Positions 37,265-51,229 of a stretch of 64,000 nt of DNA are shown in pieces. The notes below the pieces were generated by a model. It worked only from the letters and a program-made list of their open reading frames with translations, searched no databases and was not told the DNA's origin. This DNA is from Adineta vaga (taxonomy: Eukaryota > Animalia > Rotifera). A program made the translations under genes and the position numbers. Within the stretch, counting starts at the first letter, position 1. Every line of letters begins with the position of its first letter. Location: the NCBI GenBank assembly GCA_021613535.1, contig CP075497.1, positions 8,618,001 through 8,682,000 of the forward strand. The letters are read 5' to 3'.

Positions 37265-38497
37265 TTAGGAACTATCATCGTCGTCATCATCATCGTACGA
37301 AGCAAGCGAAGAGAGACCAATGGACGGTTTAGGTGCTGAATTATTTGTTGGAGTTGGTTTCTTCTTGATAATTGCTGCTAACGAATTTTTTGGTGCTTGT
37401 TTTTTAGCATTGTTTGGTTGAGCAAATGAAATTGTTGTCTAACAAAAACAAAATGATGATTAGCGGAATAGAATTATAATTTGACGTACTTTTGGTTTTT
37501 CAGGGTTTGTTGATAATGGTAAGATTTCTTCGTCAACTTCTTCCGTTACCGTATCATCTTGATCAGATGGAGCAGCTCGTTTACCAAATGCTTTGCTAAA
37601 AAAGCCATGAAAAGTTACATTTAATTGTGTTTTAGTCAAATAAACATACCAAATTTCAGCTTCATCTTCGTCTTCTTCTAATTGTTTTTTAAGTAATGCA
37701 TACTGTTTTTCTTGTTCACGTTTTTGATTTAACATTTGTTCAATTTCAATGTCAGCATGACGAGCATTTAATTCTTTAATATCTTCTAATGCTTCAATAG
37801 CAGCCATTTCTTGTCGCGAATCACGTGTTCGATTTTCTAATAACTACAAAATTTGATGTTTTAGAAAAAAAATGGATAACTCATTGAAATTATTCATGCT
37901 TACCTTCATTGGATTCAACGCTTCTTCTTCTGCGGTTTTTGCTGCTTCTTCCTTCGCCTGTTTTTCTGCTAGACGAATCGATTCAAAATTCCGGATGGCA
38001 CCATGTTCTAATTCGTAATCACCATTTTCTGGATCAGTCTATCAAAACAAAATGTTGCGTATATATCAAAGTGAACAAATTTTTATTTTTGTAAAACTTA
38101 CTTTAAAAGTGATTTCGCGTAAACATTTTGTACATTTTATGTAAAACCGATAGATTTGCATGCCTAAATATGTTTCACCCATAACATCTTCTTTACGCGC
38201 ATTGAATTTTTTTCCTTTGTAAATATATTCACCACAAGTTTTGCATCTATTCAAAGAAAAAAGAGATTGATGATTAGAATAATGAAATTAAGTAATTCAT
38301 TTTATTTACTTACCTCATATTACATGGAGCCATCAATCGAATGCTAAACTGACTATTTTTTTGACGTTTAGCACGAGGAATTTTTGATGGATCGAAATCA
38401 GGTGGATAATATTTCTAAATAAGAGTTCAAAATATGATTTTATTAGTCGAAAGAAAATAGATGATATACATACATTTAAGACTTTACGTTCAGACAT
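37265..38497 (-). CDS. YJU2: Splicing factor YJU2 (CCDC94/CWC16), 7 exons
   Basis: MSERKVLN|[14 protein letters not shown]...[10 protein letters not shown]|[19 protein letters not shown]...[18 protein letters not shown]|[18 protein letters not shown]; C-terminal [16 protein letters not shown]. Confidence 0.96.
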
Positions 38498-40241
38498 AGT
38501 TTAAGATCAAATAACCGTACACTGATTGTGATAAGGAATGAATGATGTTGAAATTGAGCACAATTCTTTCACTAAACTGAAATGTTCTTGCGAAATCGAA
38601 TGCGAAATGAATCCAAATCAGTCCAATCCAGTTAGGGCAAATAAACAAACAGATTGATTGATGAAATTACTATTCTATTGGATGATAAAGAACCAATCGG
38701 AGTGGATAAGTATCTGCAATGGAAAAAAAGCGAAGAAAAAAAGACCAATAACAGAGTATAGATATATAGACAGATGTCATGAGAGACAGGCATCAATCAA
38801 AAAGAGATATATGGATATTTCCTTTTCATTTCTATAGAAATGAATTTAGTTTTTTTTCCAATGATAATAAGAAAAAAAGCTTATTAATATAATATTCTCT
38901 AAGATCGTTAGTTTTCTAGTGAGATGGAATAAAGTGACTTACTGTGCTTCTACTCTGTGTGTTCTCTGACATTCAATAACAAAAATATACACTACAGCGG
39001 TAACGAAAGACTTTCATCCGAAATTCGTTACACTTTCACTGATAAATGACTGAGAAGGATGCGACTGCTATTATAATTAATTTTTTTCAACAATAATAGA
39101 ACAGATAGTACTTGTTTTTGATGAAATAATTCTGAAATCGAACTTTTAAATAACGTGAACACTATATGATGGACTATCATATTTTTATAATTGTTTATTT
39201 TTCAAAAACTGACATGTAGTTAAACAGAAAAGAGACTAAACGCTTTTGATCGGTCTCGATGATGTTCACTATAGATAATTATCATCGTATTATCGTTACA
39301 TAATCTATTTTGGTTCTGATGTGCATTTGATTAGATATGCTCTTGCCAGCTCGAGTCATGGTAAAATAAGTAGGATGAAAATCAAGTTGAAAAACACGAA
39401 TTCGAAAAGTTAATGATATAGGTTAGTCTGACTTGGCCTGGTGTCAGCTCTATTTTGAAGTATGTCTGTCGGGAACATCGCTTTGGGTGATAAAAGTTTG
39501 TTGCAATTTCATTGGCTTGAACAAACAAATTTCTATATATTTTGTCAAGTCTATAATTCTTTTTTTTTTCAGAAAAGGGAAAAAATATTTATTAGAATTC
39601 ACTTATGTTGATTGTCAAAGATTGTAGAGCAATAAAACTTCATATATGATTGATTGTTTCTCGAATTATTCATAGCTTTAATGAAAATAAACAAAAGTGG
39701 ATAATTGTATATTTAATCAAACTATAATGTTGAATCCCGAGTAGTTCGAAGATTTTCAGGTAATGAAAACAGGGAAATATTTTAGATATATTGTAATCTC
39801 CAGAAGAATATGTCGGTTTTAAAGCATTTTGCTTAGTAATCTGTCTTCTATCGAATCAAAGGATTGAGAAATGAACAATAATCTGAGATTTCATATTGAA
39901 ATAGAGAATATATGTCATGAAGCTTTGTCTCCAGATTCTTTTTAATTTGGAGAGAGAACAAATCAAACAAAACCATTCATTTCCGCTGACTATTTCAATG
40001 ATTGTCAACTGTAAGAGTATCTCGTCAGATGAATTGCTTTGCTCGCTTTTGATTCGTTTTTGAGTTTCATTCCTTTTTGTCTTTCGTGATAAATTCAAAT
40101 CATGAGATTTTCTTTCGTTCGGGTTTATTAAAGCGCACAAGCAGACAATGAAAAATGAGAAAGGAAGAAGAACTTAGAATATATGCTTGTTTCTCTGTAC
40201 AAACAAAAAGGAGAAAAAGAAAAGAAACGAAAAGAAACAGT

Positions 40242-43200
40242 TCAAGATAATAGAAATGCATGTTGACCATCTCGTATTGCTGTTGTTAATTTTAATTTCA
40301 TGATTTCTTTTGATGAATACTCAGGCAATTTGAGATAGTTGACACAGGTCATTACACTTGGTAAAAATGAATCCGAATTGATATTATCACTATTGTTTTC
40401 AGCTGTTTTTCGAACGATTGTCAATGGAGGATGTAGCATTCGAAAACCTATAAAAATAAAATTCATATTAATAAATAAAATTAACTTGACTGAAAATTTT
40501 TGATGTTTACCTCCAACCGGCAATCGAGGACTACCAGTAACAAATTGTAAAAACGCTCTTTGTTCATCAATATCAAAATTAATCATTATATCGAAAAGCC
40601 ATTTTACAGCTCGACTGTTCAAATTATATCCATGATCACAACGTGTTGATTCAAGTAAAACTTTAAGTTCCCATAATTCTGTTGAACCACTACCACAAAA
40701 TACTTGATGAAGCTAAATTACAATGAAATATGAAGTAAAAATTCAATTTCTTTTCTTTCATAAAATAAAACATACTTCATCAGGATAAAAACATTTTAAA
40801 TGATGTATCGAAAATATCGAATTAAATCCATCTCGAAATGATTCGAATTGTCGTCGAACACCTTCAACTAATGTCCAATAAACAACCAACTAAAATAGAA
40901 ATAATTAGAACTAAAACTTCTCAACTAGATTTTCTTATTACTTACATTAATATATTGATCAAGATTTTGTATGGTTACTAAACAATCTTTTCCACCTTTT
41001 TTCAATTCAATATTTGAATGACCAGGTAATGTAAAGACAAGTGATAAATCATCAATTTTACATCCATCAAGAAATAATCTTTCATCATTTTCATCAAATA
41101 CATTCGAATATGGTGAATTTTCAAAGTGAGAATCATCTTTTGATTTTAAACGTTTTTTATTATTTAATTTATTTGTTGTCATTTGTTGATTTAATGTTTG
41201 ATTTTGTGCCATTAATTTATCACGTATATGAACAATAGTTTGTAATTTTTTAAATTGTTCATATAGATTTGTATCGACATGAATTAAATCTTCAAGATTT
41301 AAACTATCTTCTTCTCCTAACATCCATTTATAGAATACAAGACTAAATGGCATATCAATCTAAAACGAAACGAACAGAATTATCAAAATAAAAACTTAAC
41401 AAAAAACAAAGACACCTACCATTCTCGAGTCCATCAATGCTTTAGCCATAAATTTGCCAAGAAATTTAAATTTTTGACGAACTTTAGTAATTATATTTGC
41501 TTTGGCATTACGACCAACTGGTGCTGGATAAAGACCATGTCGGGTATCAACATATTCAGCCATTGGAACATCTTTATCTAGATGTAAAAATTAAATATAT
41601 ATGATTAAAAGAAAAGAAATGTTTTCTTAAAAAAAGTTGAGATTTGATAGACTTTCACTATTTCTTTTTTTCGACAGAACAAACCTTTAGTTGATTCGAA
41701 AATTTTATCAGTTCTCCATAATTCCAATCCATTCTTTTGTAATTCTTTCGATAATAACGAATATGCTTCTAATGTTGGTCCAAGACCAAAACCAACCTAT
41801 ACAAGTTAACAAATCATTTCAATAAAATATTATGTTTAACATAAAACAATAGTACCTCATCTTCATATTGAACTTCTAAGAAATGTTTGGAATTCCAATT
41901 ATCAAGAATTTTTTCCATTTCAGCAAGAATATTTCCTCTTGAGAGTTGTACTTTTTTTCTTTCAATTCTTGGCACGACAGATTGTCGATCTGTTTGATCA
42001 TTATGATGTTGTTGTGTTAACATATCTGAACTTTCCAAAAGTCGTTGCATGGCACGTTCACGATCGAAAGCACATGGATAAAAGATCATTTGTCGAGTTT
42101 CAAATGGAAATAGAAATGAACATGTATAACCCATTTCTGTTATCCACGATGGAATATGTCCCATCATAATTACTACTGGATCTTGCAATTGTCGATTTAC
42201 TTTTGATGTTAATTTCGATGATAAATATTCATTTTTAAGTATTAATGTTAATGATGAATTGTGATGACTGAACATCGTATTTGTATTAAAATAAAGATCA
42301 TACCAATAAAGATTTAAACTATTCAGTATATGAAGTAGAGATATTGCGTTTAATGATAGATCATTAATTGTTAGGATGGATGATATTGATTCATTTAATG
42401 TTGTTATTAATAGAGATTTACTTTTTGAACACTGTCCATTGATCCATAATTCATCAATTACTGGTGGAGCAGGTGAACGTTTTGGTGTTTTACCTGTTTT
42501 CTTTGAAGATTTATGGGATGTAATATCCGTTGTTTGTCGTAAACGATTCGATGGTGTTGTATTACTAGCAGCACCGATTTCTGTACTTATGGCAGGTACA
42601 GTTGATGATATATTTGTCGATTGACGATAATGAATGGTATGTACACGTGTCCAAATAGAAGCTGAAGATAGTACTGATTCATCGACATCTGTTTCAGATT
42701 CGCCATCACTAAAATTCAAAGAAATATGAGAACGATATGATTTTTTGAAGAAACAAAAAAGTTTGTACATACGTTGTTCTTTGTATTGATGCCCCATAAG
42801 TTCGTATAGCTTGATACAGAGTCATATTATTTGGAATAAGATGATCATTTATTAAAAACTCAAGTCTCATTGACGATGAATGAGCAAGAACATTGATAAC
42901 ATCTTCTGCATCAGATTCATTCGATACTTCACTTTCTTCATCGTCGTCATCATCGTCATCATCATCGTCATCTTTCATTGTACCAGTTGGATCATCCTTT
43001 CAAGTAGACAAGAGAAGAGAACAATGATTAATTTTAAGAATATAAAATTGACTTACCGGTGTATTATTAGTGACACCACGTAGTAGTAAATATTTTTCAA
43101 TTGCTGATACGAGTGCAAACGGATCTATTTTCACCGGACCAGTATGCCATTGTTTCAATGTTTTACATTGTGGATGTCGAACAAGATTGCACTTGAGTTG

Positions 43201-46200
43201 ATGAGTTGATATTAAACGAAGAGCTGAACTGTGAACGGATCGACCAGCAGTATCATTGACTAAAATAGAAAAACAATTACAGAGAAAATTTGTAATATTC
43301 TTAAAATTTACCTCGAATAGGAAATTGTTCTAATTGATTGATACAGCCATGTAATTTACTAATTAAACAACTTAAAATGTTTTGATTAGGTTTATTGTTA
43401 TTATTCATTTGTGCATGATATAATTCCATAATAAATTGTTTTAAATCGTTATCATCGTCATTTTCTTCGGGAATACTTATAAAAATATGTAAAAACAATT
43501 TCAAACGTTCTAATCGATCATTTGGTAAAGATATATCATCAGTTAAATATTGATATAATTTAGTTATTAGACCACTATGTACCATTTCAAAAGGTGTCAC
43601 ATCACCTTTAGCAATGATACTTGCAATATCACGTAATGCTTTTGAATTTTCTAAATACTCTTTACCAACATGTAAGGTATCAACAGCTGTTGCTAGACGA
43701 TGAATAATTTGTAATGCAATATTTGACGTTGATGAACTATTTGAGAAATATGTATTACGAAAACTTTTTGCTTGATTTTGTATCCATTCTTTTAATTTTA
43801 ATTTGTCTTGCGATGATAGAGTTATTTGAGTTGAGTGTTGATGTAACATTGATCGTGGCATAGCACTTGATAATAATAAGGAAGCGGCAGCTGGTGCACT
43901 AGATGCATATGCAAATGGTGATTGATGTGTATAAGTTGATGGAACATAGATTGGTGTACTTGGACGAAGACCATTGCTCATTGGTAAAGTAAAATAAGAT
44001 GAAGGATCGATCGCAGTTGCTGGTCGAAAATGTCCTGAACTAGAACCACCACGTGATGGACGAGTGCGCACTGAAGATGGATCAGGTGCAGTTGAAGAAG
44101 CGAGTTCTTCGAACATTGAACGTGCTGATGATTTAAGACGAGAACTAGATGATGTTTGAGGGGTTCGGCCACCACGTTGTGAACGGGTTTCAATTTTAAT
44201 TGGATTGGATTCAGATTGAAAGCGACGAGATGATCCACTACCACGGTATGGAAATGACTGCGTTTTAGGATGAAGATGTGTGGCTGCACCACGATGCGTT
44301 GGCGGAGGATCATTACTATATGAATGCATTTGTTGATCATCTACTATAACACAAAATACATAAATAGTAATATAATCGTATCTTTGTTGTTATTAAAAGG
44401 ATAGATTTTCTAGTCGGAGAAGTATTTCAATAAAAAAACACTGATGAAATAAACTTACCCAACGATTCACTAAGTGCAGGAATGATTGGCTTTAACGGAT
44501 TTTCTTCGGCATGAGTAAGATCAAGTTCACTATGTGTTGTTATTGTTGTTGGATTATGAGTAGCAGAACGTGAAGTAGGCAAATTTGATGATGATGAGAC
44601 ACCAATATCAATAAGAATTTCAATTTGATGAACAACACCTTCTCGATAAAAATAAACTGAAAAGATTTCAGGTAATTTTTTCATTAAAATTTCTGATATT
44701 TGTAATGCACTAATGACAATTTTATAATCAGATGATGCAAGCATTGAAGCAATTTGTGAGGATATTGGTTGTTGTCTTAAAATGGTTTCGAAAAATTCCG
44801 ATGAAGAATAATAAATCATACGAAGTAATGATTGTAAACATCGATGTTTTACTGTTGGACCAGCTGATGTATTATAAACTTCATAGAGAATCGTAAATAA
44901 TGATTGAATAAATGAATTATATAAATCGGGGTTTTCTTTCAACGCTTCAATACGAGCATCTACAGTATTCGTTACTTTTGCTGTTGTAGAAGGAGGATTT
45001 GGTAATTCATCAGTCGAAAGTGAAGGCGACGGTGATGGTGATTGTACAGGATCAGGCGAATTTGGAGTAACTACACGTTTAATAAAACGTGCTTGATTCG
45101 TTTCTTCATTAATTTGTTGTAATTGTTGTAAATCAATTAAATAATGTCGACCGGAAATAACTAACTGAACTTCTTCCTCTTCTTGTTGCCAAGCTTGTTC
45201 AATTGTTTGTGAATCTTGAAATGAATATGAACATAACTGACCTAAAATAATCAAAGAAAACAAATGTTTTGGTATATTTAAAAACCAAACGAGTCTTCCG
45301 AACAAACCTTGATCATCTTGCCAATGCCATAAAATATAACCTTGTGAATTGACATCAAAATCTTTTCTACCTTGAAATAATTGATTAACTTGAAATAATG
45401 CATCATCAGATGGTAATCTCGGTAACATTTCTCCAATTAATGAAACAATTTCATAGATTTCTTGAGGTGAATGTGGAATCAGTTCGATATTATTTGTTTG
45501 TTGAATTGATGCTACATTTGCCATTGTTTCATTTGTTGGTAAAGCAGCTGATTTATATGTTATTGATTTTTTTGGTGATGGTTTTCCTTCAGCTGAACCA
45601 GTTAAAAGACACATTATTGTTTCGATAATATTCATTTTTAGTAATTTAATAGCAAGCGTTGGACAATAAGCTGAAAAAATATGCAACATACGAATAATTC
45701 CAACAAATGTGACACTATTTAATAAAGATGGTTGAACAATAATTATTGTTTGAAAGGTTTTTAATAATTCTTCGGAGGCGATTTCACATAGTATACTTGA
45801 ATCATGATGTAGATTTTCTACTAAACGTGAAAATATTGAGCATACATGTTCAATAGTTTTTTTATCATCTGAACGTAAACGATTCGATAGATTGACTAAA
45901 TGTTCTTGTATATATTTGAAATGATTTCGTGTTAATATATGTGTACAACAATTAGCCACGATAGCTAAAGCTTTGTGTTGAGAATTCATAGAGAAAAAGT
46001 CGATGTATTCAAGGCAAGCACCAATACCATCCTATGTAAAATATCAAGATTTATATTTAAATATAGATCAATTAATTGTAATTACAGAAATAAGAATTTG
46101 TTTAGCATTTCGTTTCGAAATCATTTCTAAAGCTGTTAATGATTGTTCAGCGGTATCGATTGATGTAATACTTCGTAACTAGAAAGAAAGAACAATTGTA

Positions 46201-48525
46201 GAATAGAATTAAGGATTTTTCTTATCTTTTCGAAAGTTTACTTTGCTCAAAAATAATGGTGTAGCTTCAACAACTTGCATAGCTGAACGAGGTAAAGCTT
46301 CCATAAGATAAGTTAATGCTCGACATGCTGTTAAAGCAATTTCAGCATTTGCTTCATTTTCATCTGCTAAACAATCACGTAATGGTGGATAAAGTGCACG
46401 AAATTGAAATCCAGGTAATGTATCTTCATTACTCATTACTAGAAGCTACAAAACAGAAATATAAATAAAAAATTATTGTTATTTCATATTTTATTTTCAA
46501 ACATACCGAACATAATTCATTAAGTGTAGTTAATTTCATATCAGGATCTGGTGACTAGAAGAAAAAAATATATAATTGTGCATTTTCTAATCTAAAATCG
46601 TTTGCTCATACTTGAATGCCTTGAATATATTGTTGTAAACGTCCATTCATAGAACCACTACCTCCAACTCTACTCATTAAATGTTGTACACGACCTGATA
46701 ATGTATGAAAAAGTGCTGCACTAGCCGAGCCACTACTACCACTCGTAGCGACACGACGAAAACTTGGATCAGATAGAATATCGCGTGCTGTAGGACTATT
46801 ATCGGGATCAGTATCGCTTTCGGTCGACATTTGTAAAGATTGTTTGGTAGTTCGATGAGCACTAGCAACTAGCGGAGAAGTATATGATGTAGTCGGAACA
46901 ATACCAGAATAAGACTGAGCTGATGATGTTGATGGTGGAGGAGATGAAGAATTTTGTTGATAATAAGTTGAGGAATTAAATAAATGTATGGGATTGGTCG
47001 ATGATATACCACCGGTATTAGTTGTATCACACGACCGGTTGTCAGTACCGGCGGTGTTGGTGACAGGCACCGATGAACGACTAGAATAAAATATAAAATA
47101 GTTTAATTTTCGTTGTTCTAGTTATCAAAAAAGATTAGGAAGATGATCATATGGCAAGAAAATGGTTTGTATATATGTTTGTATACACAATAAATAAAAG
47201 AAAAGAAAAGAAAAGAAAAGAAAAACGGCAACGTCTTAAATCGAGAAAGAAAGAAAAAAAAGAAGAAAAATAATGTGTAGTAGTGTTATTATTTTATACA
47301 AGGTCAATAATTTAAAAATAATCGTGAAATGTTAACTGGACTTTTATTCGTCCTTCATAGTTTACATCGAACGAGCTGGAGTTACTGATAAATAACAGTC
47401 GCCAATAGACTCTTACATTAGTTATAGTGTCATGTTTTTTTCCTTCTCTCCCTTCTTTTTATACGCAAACCAGAAGGCGATGAATAAGGGTTTTTCTGTT
47501 TTCTCTTTCTTTCCTTATGTGTATGAGTGCAAAAGCGCGTGTGCAAATGGACGTCTTTTTTGTCGCGCATCTGTACGCCGTGGTAACAATACACTGGCTT
47601 ACGTAATTATTACCAACGTATGAAAAGAAAGAAAGAAAAAAAAGATCTTTTTTACCTAGAGGAAGATTGACCCGTTGTCAAATAATCAATGTAAGATTTT
47701 GTTGTATAACGGCGTGGTCGTCGATTATTACTAGTTGAAGGATCACTTGCAACTGTATTAAGTTCTCGTCCGCCTAGTTAAAAAATAAAATGTTAAAAAG
47801 ATAAGATTGAAAAAGAAATATATATATATATTTATATTGAGGCTCGTTTTTTCTTCTTACCTGTTCTTCGTCGAACACAAAAGTTCCCCGTGTCTGTACC
47901 TTCACTTTGTTGTTCAGAATCACTCTTTTTTCGTCGATGACTATGGGTTAGAACGGGTGCAGAATTTCTCTTAGATTTCGATTGAACTAATAAATATTCG
48001 TCTTCTTCCGAAGATGATTGTCGTTGTCGTTTAATTGTTTTCGAATTTGTCACGTGTTCACTTCGTTTTCGACGTCTTATAACGTTCGATTCATGACGTG
48101 TTAATGATATCGATGTTCGTTTTTTATTATCTTCTTGATCTTCGTTTAAATCTGATTCAGATTCAATTCGACGTTTATTATTGCTAATAGCAAGAGCTTC
48201 AAGTGCTTTAGATTTTGCTTGACGAGTTGTTGTGGATGTAACTGAGGAAGACGATTGTGCTGGTTGATGTTGTTGTTGTTGTTGTTGTTGTTGCTCTTCA
48301 GCGTCTTCTATCATAGAAAATTTTTTCATTTTGATATCATCAGAATGAAACAAATTACCTTCGATATTCGATTCGTTTGTCGTTGATTTACGTTCGGCAC
48401 TAATTTAAAAAAAAGAAAATATGCATTTTCTTCAAAAACAGAAAACGACTAATTTTGTATACGTACGTTAATAATCTTAATGATCGTCTAGTTGAAGAGC
48501 TTGAATTGTTTTGTAAGTGGGCCAT
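40242..48525 (-). CDS. TRIP12: HECT E3 ubiquitin ligase TRIP12/Ufd4 (IDR + ARM repeats + WWE + HECT)
   Basis: [10 protein letters not shown] and [15 protein letters not shown] (ARM); WHWQDDQG...[23 protein letters not shown] (WWE); EVQYEDE|[10 protein letters not shown]; [15 protein letters not shown]; [17 protein letters not shown] with the catalytic Cys. The start MAHLQNN at 48525 is inferred from in-phase splicing. Confidence 0.95.
47196..47220 (+). repeat. (AAAAG)5 intronic microsatellite
   Basis: Five tandem AAAAG units in the long TRIP12 intron. Confidence 0.85.
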
Positions 48526-49710
48526 TCAAGACGATGTTGGACATTCGAAAGAGTAAACTATGCGAATTTTTATTCTGAGACATTGAACATACTAGAGATC
48601 GATCGGGATAAGAAGAAAAACAGAATTGAATGAATAAATAGAAAAGAATAATTGCGTTTTTTCCTTGTTTGATATAGAAAGAATCGTTTGTCTTCTTTAA
48701 ATGTGTGACGAAAGAAAAAAATTGAAACAATATATTTTTATTGTGTAATCTAAAAGAAGAGGGAAAGATTTTGTGAAATCTTATTACTCAAGAAAAACAC
48801 GTAAGAATGAACAATATAATCATGCGAATGAGACAAGACGGTAATGCAAAATCTTATTGGATGATTGTTGTTTGTGCATTGATTCAAGTCGAATATGCAT
48901 TTCAATCAGCTGATCTCGATATGTTCGAAAATATTCATATGACTCTGAATATTACGAATTTATTTTTCAACTGGTAATAATTTCAGGTCATATGATATGT
49001 TTTAACAAAATCTTCCTAACGAGATGAGTCATTAGTGTCAAATGTTTAAGAGTTTTTAAAAATCTTTAAAACAATTCTCTGCTTACATATAGATAAATAT
49101 AAATGTTTCTATCATATAAATAAAACTTTATATAACTTCTAAATAAAAAAATCATAGTGCAAAACGAACGTCTTCAAATTAAAATAAGAAAAACTTTGAA
49201 ATGTCATCACAAGCATACTTTATTGATCATATGTCTTCCAGTATAGTCCATAGATTTGATAAGAATATGATTCGTTTTTGATGAATCATAAAATTAATTA
49301 TCATGCATACTGAGAAAATTCCAGAAGGTATATCAATGGGTAAGGTCCATATAATAAACGTCAGCACGTTTATTTATTCTATATTTTATATATGGGCGGT
49401 ATTGAAAGTAGGCATGCACTAATGACAATGGCAGATGTAATTTCAAACATCCGATGAAAAAAGTTCCTTTTCTTTTCATATTTTGTAGCCAAAAGGCATA
49501 ACTTTACGAATGCTAATGGATACCTTTGAAGATTTATTATATTGACTTTGATAGTTCATTATTTTTATACGTAAACATATTGAATCTAGGTCTAGGTTAT
49601 CTCTAAGTATTTTTATTATTTATTTGCAAATAAATATTCAAGAAAAAACTATATATCCACTCCCAAAAAATGATAGTTAAATCGAGAAAAAAGAAATGAT
49701 GAGTCTTTTA

Positions 49711-51229
49711 TTAATTTTCAACTTGAAATGATGTAAACTGCCAATCTTTTCGGATTTTATCATTTTCTTCTGGCCAATTAGCTGCTTTGGAAACCCATGT
49801 TCCTAAATATGGTAAACATATATCGAGAATTTCTTCCGAATCTATATCATCTGGTAAACATATTCCTTCATTTGGATGTTTCAAACAGTATGTTAGTGCT
49901 GCTACGAGACTAATCGCTACTTGTAATGTTGTTGCATTTTGTCCTGGTACTAATTTTCTTGCTTGATGAATATCAAGTACACTACCTGTCCACCAAGCAG
50001 AAACATAATGACCACCCAATAGAAGAACACCAACTTCGTCAGCACCATCAATGACGTCATCGTTTAATATACGAAGTTTCGGTTGTAATTGATAATTATG
50101 CATACGAAATTCAATTAATGAACTAATTGCAGAATCTGTTGGTAAATATGCGTAATGAACTGTTGGACGATACAAAATATCATTGTTATTATTATCATCT
50201 TCATTACGAATAGTTAAATATTTTGAAATACCATAAGCTTCACCATGTCGAATAACCATACCGATAATTTCTCCACTTGGTACCCACGAACGAACCTAAA
50301 GATATAATAAGATTAATTTGAATAGAATGAAATATAAATATAAAAAAATATACCCAAGTATTAATACCATTTGTAGCTAAACAAACTTGATTACATGGAC
50401 CTTCTTTTTGTTTATGAAAATAGATTCCATTTGGAAGATTTTTTTCATGTGTTCCCCAACCCATTTCAGCTGGTGCTGCACCTTCTTCAACAAAACCTTC
50501 AATTGACCATGTATTAACAAATTCATTAACTTTCTTCGGATCTTTAGTTAATTGTGTATCACGTTCCGATATATGTATTGTTTTAACACCTAATAAATAA
50601 GCTAATTGAGGATAATCTTTGACTTTTAAAGCATTTTCTAGTTTTATTTTTTCACCATCAACAATTTGGATGCCTTCTTGTTTGAGTACATATTGTGCCA
50701 TATCAATTAATGCACGTTTAACAAAATGTGAAACAAGTCCTGGATTACATCCATGATCTAGGATTGCTGTTGGCCCTTTTTGATTCCATGTTATATCATT
50801 TTGCATTTCAATCAATTGCATTTGTCGATGATATAATGTCAATAAACGTGGATCATTCTTATATGCTTCGCCAAATGGTTCCCATAATTCTACGGATGTA
50901 TTGATAAAGCAAACTTGATGATCATGACACCATTTTAATAAACATCGTGTTTCAAGATTATAAGCAAGATCAAGAAGAATATCACCTGATGATAAATATT
51001 TATTTAAAATTTCACCATAATTTTTTCGTGTGATTAATTCTTGCTCATATCTTATTTGTTTATATCCCGAAAGATAGCGTTGAATTCTAGCCCGCTGGTC
51101 GAGTGCATCGATGATTGTTATTGATTGTATATGATTTTTTAATAGAAAATAATCGATTAAAAGTGGTAGTGTACATTGCGATACACCACCACAACCAATA
51201 ACTAATAATCGACGAGAAGACGAGTCCAC
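49711..51229 (-). CDS. hss: Bacterial-type homospermidine synthase (NAD-dependent, saccharopine-dehydrogenase-like fold), 2 exons (51229-50354, 50295-49711), about 486 aa, apparent GTG start
   Basis: Rossmann LLVIGCGGV; HGCNPGLVSHF; IHISERDTQ; EFVNTWSIEGFVEEG; AEMGWGTHEK; W|VRSWVP; RPTVHYAY; GADEVGVLL; QNATTLQVA. One 58-nt GT-AG intron at 50296-50353. Confidence 0.93.

Noticed and set aside
38500-40200. Possible transposon or RNA gene in the YJU2-TRIP12 gap
   Set aside because: No terminal repeats, transposase-like ORF or tRNA/rRNA signature could be seen.
45243-45308. Read-through insertions in TRIP12 (also about 40449-40511) and the Regnase-like gene (35153-35203) shown by the ORF track
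   Set aside because: These are ordinary stop-free 3n GT-AG introns; in TRIP12 their removal restores the WWE and HECT sequence.
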